From contig CAZKZO010000002.1 in NCBI GenBank assembly GCA_964557325.1, forward strand, positions 1-35,409: DNA of 35,409 nucleotides, written 5' to 3'. Of the stretch, positions 8,907 to 17,269 are shown in pieces. The position numbers were made by a program, and so were the translations under genes. Origin of the DNA: Candidatus Woesearchaeota archaeon (GTDB lineage Archaea > Nanobdellota > Nanobdellia > Pacearchaeales > GW2011-AR1). The notes below the pieces were generated by a model. The model made no database searches. It worked only from the letters and a program-made list of their open reading frames with translations, and was not told the DNA's origin. How positions within the stretch are numbered: the stretch's first letter is position 1; each line of letters begins with the position of its first letter.

Positions 8907-10921
8907 TCTTTTTTTTCTATTCTTTCAAGGAAACTTTTGATAAATTTTTCATTATCTTTTGCATTTTTCGTTGATTTTATAGAGTAATATTCAATTTCTT
9001 TCTCTTTGTGTTTTTCTGTTTTAAGATGTGTTTTTAGTTTGTTGTTGATTTTGTTATCTAGGAGTATTTTTTCATGAGAAGTAGTTGAAAGTTTCTTTGA
9101 ATTTCCCATCAAATTACCAAGACTCATGAATTTAAATCCTTCTTTGTCTTGTTTTGCAACAATGTTTCCATGAGTTAAAGAGATACCATAATCTATTTTT
9201 TGCTTGAATTTTTTGTTGTGTTCGTCAAGTTCTGATTTAATCTTTTGTGCAAGATTTAAGGCAGGTTTTTCATTGCTAAATGTTTTTGTTTTTGCAGGTG
9301 CCATTATAAAAAATAAATGACTTCTGCTTTTATAATAAACAGCTTTATTTTGTGTTGCTATACTGATTATTTTCTGAATTGTTTCTTTTGCATTACCTTT
9401 TTCAGATTCAAGTTTGTGAAGATTTTTTATATGTATAGAAACTAGGCTTGCAGATTGTTTATCTCCTTTTATTGAAAGCGAGAGAATTGCTTTTCCTGGT
9501 TTAAAGTTTTTTTTTGAATCTTGAGAAGAAACTATTTTATCTTTTTCAGAATGTGTTTTTTTATGACGGGGAATTTTAGAGCTTATATAACCAAAAAAAG
9601 TTCTTTTATGTCCTCTTTTTAGAATCATAAATCCAATAAATCCTAAAAGAATAATTAGGAAAATCCATACAATAGGGTATCTCATTAAAGTTCCTACATT
9701 GCTGGATGCTTTTTTAATATCTATTGTTTTTCCTGTTAGGGCAATATCAGATACAGAAGCAGTTTCATTTCCAGCTATGATATTTACTGTGTAAATACCA
9801 TCAGGAGCTTTCAAAAGGTATTTTTCTTCTTTATCAACTTCAAGATAAACCTGTATGTTTAGAGATTCATTTCCTATTTTAATAAATACAGTGTTATTAT
9901 AAGGTATGTTTCCTGTGTTTGTGATTGTAACTGTTTTATTTATTATATCTATATCAACTGATTCTTTTTCTTTTATCTTAAATTCTGATTCAGTGTTTAA
10001 CTTGTTTGAAACTGAAACTATTTTCCATGCCATAGGTGCTTCATTATATTTTATAGGATATTCAATAAATTCATCTGTGGAAATTTCTTGCTGTTCCATA
10101 ATTTTATTATTATTGTTTTTGATTGTTAAAAAAGAAGTAGCATTTATTTTTTCACCTGTTTGGTCATAGAGAATAGATTTAACTTTAAGATTTGTTCCTG
10201 GTTCAACCTTTTGATTATCAAAAACTATTTCTAAACTTGTTGGCACTTGTTTTATCCTGATATTTTCAGTTAAAATTCCTTTGTTGGTTATTTCTTCTGA
10301 AGGGTCTTCTTCATAAGCAGTTAATTTAAGAGAGTATATTCCTGCTGCCATGTCTTCTGGAACAGAAGTATTTATTTCAAAAAACCCATTATTGATTGTT
10401 TCAATTTGTGCTATTTTTGTAGTATTTCCTGATTCTATTCTTGCATCAATATATCCGTTGACATCTTGGCCATTATTTTTTAATGCACTTCCTTGAATAA
10501 AAATATTTTCTCCTGGTTTTAAATCAGAATTTTCTAAATTTATACTTATCTCAATAATGTTAGATATTTCAAAAGTATTTGTCAAAAGATATTCTTCATT
10601 TAAAGATATTTTTATTTTGCATGTTCCTTTTAATTCACCAATAATATTTTTAGTAAGGACAAGTGCAGGGGAAAGTTTTACTTCTTCTCCTGATTCAAGG
10701 CTTACACCGTTTTTGTAAAAGTTTAAGGTATGTCCGTTGCAAAGTAAATCTGCATTTAAAGTTCCAGAAGTGTCTGTTACTGATTTTATTGTTAGAGGTA
10801 TTTTGATAGTATCTCCTAAATTATAAATGTTTTTTGGTTGTTGATTTAGAATTATATCTGCAGATACAAATGAAGTAAGAATTATTAAAGATACTAATAA
10901 TATTATTCCTCTTTTAATCAT
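8903..10921 (-). CDS. single-pass surface receptor-like protein with a possible degenerate class III cyclase-like cytoplasmic domain
   Basis: 672 aa. It has a signal peptide (IILLVSLIILTSFVSA), an all-beta repeat-like ectodomain of about 400 aa and a TM helix (YPIVWIFLIILLGFIGFMIL). The C-terminal ~200 aa follow the spacing of a nucleotidyl cyclase domain (LVSIHIKNL...KSRSHLFFIMAP...YGISLTHGNIVAK...FMSLGNLMGNSKKL) but lack the metal-binding Asp residues. Confidence 0.45.
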   Translation of the reverse strand: MIKRGIILLVSLIILTSFVSADIILNQQPKNIYNLGDTIKIPLTIKSVTDTSGTLNADLLCNGHTLNFYKNGVSLESGEEVKLSPALVLTKNIIGELKGTCKIKISLNEEYLLTNTFEISNIIEISINLENSDLKPGENIFIQGSALKNNGQDVNGYIDARIESGNTTKIAQIETINNGFFEINTSVPEDMAAGIYSLKLTAYEEDPSEEITNKGILTENIRIKQVPTSLEIVFDNQKVEPGTNLKVKSILYDQTGEKINATSFLTIKNNNNKIMEQQEISTDEFIEYPIKYNEAPMAWKIVSVSNKLNTESEFKIKEKESVDIDIINKTVTITNTGNIPYNNTVFIKIGNESLNIQVYLEVDKEEKYLLKAPDGIYTVNIIAGNETASVSDIALTGKTIDIKKASSNVGTLMRYPIVWIFLIILLGFIGFMILKRGHKRTFFGYISSKIPRHKKTHSEKDKIVSSQDSKKNFKPGKAILSLSIKGDKQSASLVSIHIKNLHKLESEKGNAKETIQKIISIATQNKAVYYKSRSHLFFIMAPAKTKTFSNEKPALNLAQKIKSELDEHNKKFKQKIDYGISLTHGNIVAKQDKEGFKFMSLGNLMGNSKKLSTTSHEKILLDNKINNKLKTHLKTEKHKEKEIEYYSIKSTKNAKDNEKFIKSFLERIEKKD

Positions 10922-11007
10922 ATGAATTATAAAATCCTAATATTTATAAATATTTATATAACATAGCTTGTGATAATATTTAAAAGAACTAATATCTTTA
11001 GATTTTT

Positions 11008-12138
11008 ATGAACAAAAAAACTGAAAAAAGAGGAAAAGGTTTTAAAGTAACACCATGGGAAGTTTTTGGTGATGTTGATTATGCTTCTATGATGAAAAAG
11101 TTTGGAATCTTAAAAATTGGAAAGCTTTCTGAAGAATTTGAAAAAGAAGTTTTATTTAGGAGAAAATTTGTTTTTGCACACAGGGATTTTAAGAGAATTC
11201 TTGACAGGATTAAAAAAGGAAAAAAATTTGTAATGATGACTGGTTTAATGCCTTCTGGAAAATTTCATCTTGGACATATGATGGTTGCAAATCAAATGAT
11301 TTTTTATCAAAATCTTGGAGCTAAGATTTATATTGCTGTTGCAGATTTAGAAGCATATAATTCAAGAAATAAAAGTCTTAAGGAATTAAAAGAAATAGCT
11401 GTTGAAGAATATCTTAAAAATTATATTGCTCTTGGATTAAAACCTGATAATTGTGAGTTTTACTTTCAGTCTGAAAGGTCAGGAAATGCAAAAAAATCAA
11501 ATGCTTATTATAGATTAGCTTCTAATTTTTCAAGACATGCAAGTTTTAATGAATTTAAAGCTGTTTATGGAGAGTTAAATCCTGGAAAAATAAATTCCTC
11601 TCTTTTACAGGCATCAGATATGTTTCATGCACAACTTCCTGAATTTGAAGGCAAGATTCCTGTTATTGTTCCTGTGGGTTTTGACCAAGACCCTCATTTA
11701 AGAATTGCAAGAGATATAGGGAAGAGGTATAAAGAACATGATTTTATTCAGTTAAGTTCTACTTATCATAGTTTTCTGCCTAGCTTAAAAGGCGGAGGAA
11801 AAATGTCAAGTAGTGATGAAAATTCATTTATAGCATTGAGTGATTCTCCTAAAGAAGTTGAAAAGAAAATAAAAAAATATGCTTTTTCAGGTGGAAAAAA
11901 ATCTTTAGAAGAGCATAGGAAAAAAGGCGGAAATCCAGATATTGATGTAAGTTTCCAGTATTTGAGGCTTTTTGAAGAAGATGATAAAAAGCTTGAGCAA
12001 ATTTACAAAGATTATAAAGCAGGCAATTTGCTTACATCTGAATTAAAAGAACTTGCAATTATTTCTATAAATAATTTTTTAAGAAAACACCAAAGAAAAA
12101 TTAAAAAAGCTGACAAATTAGTTAAAAAGTTTTTGTAA
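11008..12138 (+). CDS. trpS: tryptophan--tRNA ligase (archaeal/eukaryotic type)
   Basis: Class I aaRS signatures PSGKFHLGH (HIGH-like) and KMSSS (KMSKS-like). The N-terminal VTPWEVFGDVDY...FG is characteristic of archaeal/eukaryal TrpRS. Confidence 0.85.
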   Translation: MNKKTEKRGKGFKVTPWEVFGDVDYASMMKKFGILKIGKLSEEFEKEVLFRRKFVFAHRDFKRILDRIKKGKKFVMMTGLMPSGKFHLGHMMVANQMIFYQNLGAKIYIAVADLEAYNSRNKSLKELKEIAVEEYLKNYIALGLKPDNCEFYFQSERSGNAKKSNAYYRLASNFSRHASFNEFKAVYGELNPGKINSSLLQASDMFHAQLPEFEGKIPVIVPVGFDQDPHLRIARDIGKRYKEHDFIQLSSTYHSFLPSLKGGGKMSSSDENSFIALSDSPKEVEKKIKKYAFSGGKKSLEEHRKKGGNPDIDVSFQYLRLFEEDDKKLEQIYKDYKAGNLLTSELKELAIISINNFLRKHQRKIKKADKLVKKFL

Positions 12139-12189
12139 GTGGTTTTTTAGGACATAAATTTTAATAAAGAATTATCTCTGACTTTTTTT

Positions 12190-13023
12190 ATGGTTAGAGG
12201 AATTGAAAAACTTGTTAAGGGTATTTTGCCAATACATTCTAATTTATTAGAGCCTGTTTATTCATATGTTAATATTCCTCTTCCAGGTATTAATGAAGAT
12301 ATATTAGGGGAAGAAAGAGAATATCCTTCTGGAAGTAAAAAAAAATACATTATGGGAAAATTTTTTGAATCTTTAACAAAGGGTTTTTATGGGGGAGAAC
12401 TTAGAGATGTTAAACATAGTTGGGTTTATGGTAATGGAGATATTAGACCTGATGTTGTGAATGATAAAGAAAAAATAACTATTGAATCAAAAGCAAATGT
12501 TTCTGGTTCTACACTTGATTTAGATGAGCTCCAGTTTAGAGGATATTGGTTTAATCAGTTTTCATTTCCTGAAAGAAGATTTTTTTATGCAATTTATAGG
12601 CATGTTTTAAGAGGAATTGAATCTCAAGATAGGTATGAAGAAGAGATAGTTTCAGAACTTACTAAAAAAACAGTTCATTCTGTTGTACTGCCTTTGAGTA
12701 TTTTGGTGGAAATGGCAAAAAAGAATATTAATTCTTTATCTATTCCTTATATATCTGGAGAAAATAGTTCTTGGAATGATAATTTACTCATAAGGTCTCC
12801 TACTATAAATCAGTTTTTAATAGGGCCTGAAAAAATATTAAGTGAGCTTGGATTTTCTAAAGATGATTTTGTAATTCAAAGATATATGTCTCCCCTTGAA
12901 TTTAAGGTTAATGGTCGCGAGTTAGGTCAGTTTCCTGTTATGTATATTTCTGATAAATATCATGATAAATGGGTTGAAAGATTTATTGAAGAATATGGGA
13001 AAATCTTGAGAGAGATGCTATAA
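12190..13023 (+). CDS. hypothetical protein with a PD-(D/E)xK nuclease-like motif
   Basis: 277 aa. GDIRPDVV followed 13 residues later by ITIESKAN gives a D...E-x-K arrangement typical of restriction-endonuclease-fold proteins. This rests on motif reading only. Confidence 0.4.
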   Translation: MVRGIEKLVKGILPIHSNLLEPVYSYVNIPLPGINEDILGEEREYPSGSKKKYIMGKFFESLTKGFYGGELRDVKHSWVYGNGDIRPDVVNDKEKITIESKANVSGSTLDLDELQFRGYWFNQFSFPERRFFYAIYRHVLRGIESQDRYEEEIVSELTKKTVHSVVLPLSILVEMAKKNINSLSIPYISGENSSWNDNLLIRSPTINQFLIGPEKILSELGFSKDDFVIQRYMSPLEFKVNGRELGQFPVMYISDKYHDKWVERFIEEYGKILREML

Positions 13024-13146
13024 AAGGAGAAATAGAAGATCTTCCTTTATTCCATGAAGAAACAAATCTTTTTGAATCTGAACCAACAGATGATGAAGAT
13101 TTGCCTTTTTAATTAATTTTAAAAACTTAAATTGTTTTATTTGTAT

Positions 13147-14844
13147 ATGAAGTTACTTGCATTACATGTTGATTATATCAACTTTAAGCCGTTGAAAAAA
13201 GCTTTGAAGAAAATAGCTGATTTAAGTGAAAAAGAGAAAAAGCCATCTAAGATTAAAGAATCTCTTGTTGTTTTGACTGCTGTTGAAAAATTTGATGATG
13301 TTGAAGAGTGTGTTAAAGAACTTGTGAAAAATGTGAAAGATATAGCTAAGCAGGTTAAGGCAAAAGATGTTGTTTTGTATCCTTATGCTCATTTATCTAA
13401 TAATCTTTCTAATCCTGATGATGCTGTAAAGGTTTTGCAGAGTGCTGAGAAAGAACTTAAGAAAAATTTTAATGTTTCTCGAGCTCCTTTTGGATATTAT
13501 AAGGAATTTGAATTAAAAGTTAAAGGACATCCTTTAAGCGAGTTAAGTAGAGAGATTAAAACTGGTAAATTTAAGAAAGATAAAGAATATAATTCTAAAA
13601 ATCTTTTAAGAGAAATTGGAAAATCCAAGCTTGATACTTCTAAATTAAAGAAAAACGACCATAGAATTATAGGACAGGAAATGGATTTATTTAGTTTTAA
13701 TGAGGTTGCACCTGGAATGGTTTTTTGGCATAATAATGGAAGAATTATTTATAATGAGCTTTTGAAGTTTTGGAGAGAAGTTCATAGAAAAGCAGGTTAT
13801 GAAGAAATTTTTACTCCTGAGATTTTGGACAAAAAATTATGGCAGATTTCAGGGCATTGGGAAAAATATAAAGAAAATATATTTTTAACAGATTATGAAA
13901 ATAGAGAATTTGCAGTTAAACCAATGAATTGTCCAGGAGGAATGCTTGTTTATAAAAATAAACCTAAAAGTTATAAAGATTTACCTTTAAGGGTTGGTGA
14001 AATAGGTATTGTCCATAGGCAAGAACTTTCAGGGGTTTTAGGTGGGTTGTTTAGAGTAATTCAATTTACACAAGATGATGCACATATTTATTGTACTGAA
14101 GAACAATTAGAAGATGAAATTGTAAGAATAATGAATCTTGCTGATGAATTTTATAAATTATTTGGCTTGAATTATAAAGTTGAACTTTCTACTCGTCCTG
14201 AAAAAAGAATTGGTAATGATAAGATATGGGACAAGTCAGAAAAAGTTTTGGCAAGTGTTATGAAGAAAAGAAAAGTAAAATATAAGATAAATAAAGGTGA
14301 TGGTGCTTTTTATGGACCTAAAATTGATTATCATATTAAAGATTCTTTAGGAAGAACATGGCAGACAGCTACAATTCAGCTGGATTTTTCTATGCCTGAG
14401 AGATTTGATTTAGAGTATATAGATAAAGATAATAAAAGAAAAAGACCTATTATGCTTCATAGAGTTATTTATGGAAGTGTGGAAAGATTTATTGGTGTTT
14501 TGTTGGAGCATTTAAATGGAAGATTACCTGTTTGGTTAGCTCCTAAACAAGTTCGTGTTTTGAGTTTTACAGACAGGAATGTGGATTATGCTAAAGAGGT
14601 TGTTAAAAAACTTGGAGAAGCTATTCCAAACGTAAGATTGGATGCAGATTTTCGCAGCACGACGATAAGTCAAAAAGTCAAGGAAGCCGAGCTTATGAGG
14701 ATTCCTTGGACGATAATTATAGGAGATAAAGAAGAAAAGGCAAAGACAGTGGCAATTAGAAGTAAAGGAGGCAAGAAGATAAAATCTATGAAAGTTGATA
14801 AATTTATTAAAGAGTTGAAGGAAGAGATTTCTGAAAGAAAATAA
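13147..14844 (+). CDS. thrS: threonine--tRNA ligase with archaeal N-terminal editing domain
   Basis: MKLLALHVDYINFKP matches the start of the archaea-specific ThrRS editing domain. Class II core motifs are present: KPMNCPGG, FRVIQFTQDDAHIYC, HRVIYGSVERFIGVLLEH. A C-terminal anticodon-binding domain follows. ATG 13147 is preferred over the TTG at 13132 used by the ORF track. Confidence 0.9.
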   Translation: MKLLALHVDYINFKPLKKALKKIADLSEKEKKPSKIKESLVVLTAVEKFDDVEECVKELVKNVKDIAKQVKAKDVVLYPYAHLSNNLSNPDDAVKVLQSAEKELKKNFNVSRAPFGYYKEFELKVKGHPLSELSREIKTGKFKKDKEYNSKNLLREIGKSKLDTSKLKKNDHRIIGQEMDLFSFNEVAPGMVFWHNNGRIIYNELLKFWREVHRKAGYEEIFTPEILDKKLWQISGHWEKYKENIFLTDYENREFAVKPMNCPGGMLVYKNKPKSYKDLPLRVGEIGIVHRQELSGVLGGLFRVIQFTQDDAHIYCTEEQLEDEIVRIMNLADEFYKLFGLNYKVELSTRPEKRIGNDKIWDKSEKVLASVMKKRKVKYKINKGDGAFYGPKIDYHIKDSLGRTWQTATIQLDFSMPERFDLEYIDKDNKRKRPIMLHRVIYGSVERFIGVLLEHLNGRLPVWLAPKQVRVLSFTDRNVDYAKEVVKKLGEAIPNVRLDADFRSTTISQKVKEAELMRIPWTIIIGDKEEKAKTVAIRSKGGKKIKSMKVDKFIKELKEEISERK

Positions 14845-14856
14845 TAAGTTTTAAAT

Positions 14857-14881
14857 ATGCATTTTGCATACATTATGTATG
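14857..14881. promoter_or_regulatory. overlapping palindromes across the antitoxin start (possible TA operator)
   Basis: atgca-ttt-tgcat at 14857-14869. A perfect 15-bp palindrome catacat-t-atgtatg at 14867-14881 includes the ATG at 14879. Short AT-rich palindromes are expected by chance in this composition, so only the position is suggestive. Confidence 0.25.
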
Positions 14882-15097
14882 AAACAAACTAGTATTAGGA
14901 TTACAAATAATCTTCACAAAGCTCTTAGAAGTTTAAAGGCGCCTAATGAAAGTTTTGAAGATTTAATATGGGATTTAATAGAACCTTATTTGGAGTTATC
15001 TTCTCAAACAAAAAAAGATATTAAAGAATCTTTAGAAGAATATAAGAGAGGAGAAGTGTTTTCTTTAAAAGAAGTTAAAGAGGAATTAAATCTTTAA
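14879..15097 (+). CDS. antitoxin-like small protein of a RelE-type TA pair
   Basis: 72 aa from ATG 14879 ([19 protein letters not shown]...). The short basic N-terminus plus helical acidic C-terminus is typical of RelB/RHH-like antitoxins. It ends 8 nt before the RelE-like ORF. Confidence 0.6.
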   Translation: MKQTSIRITNNLHKALRSLKAPNESFEDLIWDLIEPYLELSSQTKKDIKESLEEYKRGEVFSLKEVKEELNL

Positions 15098-15105
15098 TAT
15101 GCCTT

Positions 15106-15360
15106 ATGGAAATAAAATTTTCTTTTAAAGCTAAAAAACAATTAAAAAAATTAAATTTAAGATTTCAGAGTAAAATAATTGATTCTTTGGAAAAATTTGA
15201 AAAAGGTGGAAAATTAGATATAAAAAAATTAAAAGGAAGAAGTGAAGAATATCGTATAAGAGTTGGAAATTATAGAATAATTTTGAATAGAATTGGTAAA
15301 AAAGAGTTTGTAGTAACTAAAATTGGTGTTAGAGAAAGTATTTATTTTATTTTTGTTTAA
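15106..15360 (+). CDS. relE: RelE/ParE-family toxin (mRNA interferase type)
   Basis: 84 aa. KAKKQLKKL...KKLKGRSEEYRIRVGNYRIILNRIGKKEFVVTKIGVRESIY matches the RelE/ParE core pattern (Y-R-[IL]-R-V-G-D/N-Y-R-[IV]-I). Confidence 0.75.
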   Translation: MEIKFSFKAKKQLKKLNLRFQSKIIDSLEKFEKGGKLDIKKLKGRSEEYRIRVGNYRIILNRIGKKEFVVTKIGVRESIYFIFV

Positions 15361-15394
15361 TTAATTTTATAAACTATTTTTGTATATTAACCAT

Positions 15395-15443
15395 ATGAAC
15401 TTTCAATTTTATGTTGAAGAAGTGAAGAATTCTAAGGAGTATA
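15395..15443 (+). repeat. 49-bp direct repeat, copy 1 (duplicate of the first 49 nt of the CDS at 16098)
   Basis: atgaactttcaattttatgttgaagaagtgaagaattctaaggagtata is identical at 15395-15443 and 16098-16146. Copy 1 opens only a 19-codon ORF (15395..15454, MNFQFYVEEVKNSKEYRKA*). Confidence 0.95.
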
Positions 15444-15486
15444 GAAAAGCTTAAAAACTTAAAGGCATATTTTAAAATATATACCC

Positions 15487-15511
15487 CCCAGGCTTGCACA
15501 GCAATCCTGGG
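15487..15511. other. GC-rich hairpin inside the repeat-bounded insert
   Basis: cccagg-cttgcacagcaat-cctggg: a 6-bp stem with a 13-nt loop, preceded by a C6 run. It stands out against the AT-rich background. Function unknown. Confidence 0.3.
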
Positions 15512-15552
15512 ATTTTCATTAATTTTATTAACTCTGGTTTTTTTGTTTGATT

Positions 15553-16101
15553 ATGACTGAGAAAATAATTGTTTTTATTGATGGAAGTAATCATTATCAT
15601 ATAATAAAAGATTTAGTAGGTAAGTCTAAAAAAATAATTGACTTTGATTTTGAAAAATTTGTTGAATTATTTCTTGAGAAAAGAAAACTAGTTAGAATTT
15701 ATTATTATACAGCTCCTTTAGATAGGAAAAAAGACCAAAAAACATATATAAAACAACAAAAATTCTTTGAAAAACTTAGAAGAATATCTAATTTAAAATT
15801 AGTTCTTTGTAGAATGCAAAAAGTTAAAATTGATGGAAAAATTATTTATCAGGTTAAGGAAGATGATATTCATTTAGCAGTAGATATGTTAAGATTAGCT
15901 TATAATAATGCTTACGATTCTGCTATATTAGTTTCTTCAGATGGAGATTTTGTACCTGCAGTTCAAGCTGTTAAAGAATTGGGAAAGAATGTTGAAAATA
16001 TAGGATTTGAAAATAAATTTTCATATCACTTAAAGCAAGAGTGTGATAAATTTAAAAAATTAAATAAAAATCAAGTAAAATCTTGTTTTCCATTAAAATG
16101 A
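15553..16101 (+). CDS. NYN-domain (LabA/DUF88-like, PIN-related) putative ribonuclease
   Basis: IIVFIDGSNHYH near the N-terminus and ILVSSDGDFVPAVQAVKELGKNVENIGF near the C-terminus match the two conserved acidic motifs of LabA-like NYN domains. ATG 15553 is preferred over TTG 15547. The TGA stop overlaps the ATG of the next gene (ATGA). Confidence 0.65.
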   Translation: MTEKIIVFIDGSNHYHIIKDLVGKSKKIIDFDFEKFVELFLEKRKLVRIYYYTAPLDRKKDQKTYIKQQKFFEKLRRISNLKLVLCRMQKVKIDGKIIYQVKEDDIHLAVDMLRLAYNNAYDSAILVSSDGDFVPAVQAVKELGKNVENIGFENKFSYHLKQECDKFKKLNKNQVKSCFPLK

Positions 16102-16146
16102 ACTTTCAATTTTATGTTGAAGAAGTGAAGAATTCTAAGGAGTATA
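16098..16146 (+). repeat. 49-bp direct repeat, copy 2 (5' end of the intact gene)
   Basis: Identical to 15395-15443. See copy 1. Confidence 0.95.
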
Positions 16147-16592
16147 AGGATTTTGTAGAGAAAAATCCAAAAGCTTATCCTTGTTCTGGTTTTTTTACAA
16201 TTGACAAGGACGGCAAAGATAATCAAAGACATATTGATTTTTATTCGCCATCTGAAGATAAAGTTTTTAGTTTTAAACTTGAAGATGGTAAGATAGAAAA
16301 AGTTCCTATGGATACAATTTCAGATAAAGCTCCTGAGCATATGAGTCTTGATGTTAATTTTGATTTTGATGAAGTTGAAAAGCTTATTTCTGATGAAATG
16401 CAGAAACAGAAAATTAAAAATAAGCTCCAGAAAATAATCATTTCTCTTCAGAATTTTAAAGGCAAGGAGTTTTTAGTATGCACTATTTTTGTTTCTATGC
16501 TTGGCATATTAAAGATTCATATAGATTTAAAGGAAAATAAAGTAAGTTTATTTGAGAAAAAATCTTTTTTTGATATTGTTAGGAAAGTTTAA
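16098..16592 (+). CDS. hypothetical protein
   Basis: 164 aa from ATG 16098 (MNFQFYVEEVKNSKEYKDFVEKNPKAY...). No motif recognised. The start was chosen at the ATG that begins the duplicated segment. Confidence 0.5.
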   Translation: MNFQFYVEEVKNSKEYKDFVEKNPKAYPCSGFFTIDKDGKDNQRHIDFYSPSEDKVFSFKLEDGKIEKVPMDTISDKAPEHMSLDVNFDFDEVEKLISDEMQKQKIKNKLQKIIISLQNFKGKEFLVCTIFVSMLGILKIHIDLKENKVSLFEKKSFFDIVRKV

Positions 16593-16596
16593 AGAT

Positions 16597-17232
16597 TTAT
16601 TTGGGTTTTTGAATAATTAAGATAATGTTTTTGTTTTCTTTTGAAGAAATAATTTTAAAACCAACTTTTTTTAGCAAATCTTCTAATTCTTTTTTATCAT
16701 AAATATAATAATATCTTGCGTATTCTTTTCCATTATGTTTCCATGGAATTGTTATGTTTTTTGATTTATTCATGAATTTTTGAACTTTATTATGGTTTTT
16801 ACTCCAGACAGTTATTATTGCTTTTGCTTTTGGTTTAAGAACACGATAAAGTTCTTGAATTGATTTTTTTCTTGATTTTTTTGTTTCTATACAATGCAAT
16901 GTAGCAATAAATATTGCTGAATCAAAAAAATTCTTTTTAAAAGGCAATTTATTTAGGTTTGTTTTAAATAATTTAGCTTTTATGGATTTTCTTTTAGCAT
17001 GTTTTTCAGCAAGTTCAAGCATTTTTTCTGAAAAATCAACACTATAATATTCTAAATTAGGTTTTTTTATGAAATTTCTTCCATGACCACACCCTAAATC
17101 TAATATTTTTCCTTTTTTATTTTTTAGAAAATCTTTAACTTCTTTAAAAGTTTTTTTCCTATATTTTGCCCATAGAATAGATATTTTATTCCAGGTTTCT
17201 TCTTGTGTTATGTTTGTTTTGTTTTTAAACAT
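16597..17232 (-). CDS. class I SAM-dependent methyltransferase, Trm9-like
   Basis: SAM motif I ILDLGCGHGRN. Downstream pattern LPFKKNFFDSAIFIATLHCIETKKSRKKSIQELYRVLKPKAKAIITVWS ... ITIPW ... YYYIYDKKELEDLL resembles Trm9/ALKBH8-type tRNA (mcm5U) methyltransferases. It is divergent from elp3 with a 37-bp spacer. Confidence 0.55.
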   Translation of the reverse strand: MFKNKTNITQEETWNKISILWAKYRKKTFKEVKDFLKNKKGKILDLGCGHGRNFIKKPNLEYYSVDFSEKMLELAEKHAKRKSIKAKLFKTNLNKLPFKKNFFDSAIFIATLHCIETKKSRKKSIQELYRVLKPKAKAIITVWSKNHNKVQKFMNKSKNITIPWKHNGKEYARYYYIYDKKELEDLLKKVGFKIISSKENKNIILIIQKPK

Positions 17233-17269
17233 TAATAAGATATATAAAATACTTCTTTAATATTTTACT

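Noticed and set aside
13132-13146. TTG start at 13132 for thrS, and TTG starts at 8115, 14864, 15547 and 18808, as used by the ORF track.
   Set aside because: In each case an ATG lies 6-30 nt downstream. For thrS it coincides with the conserved start of the domain (MKLLALH...). The TTG extensions add only a few non-conserved residues.
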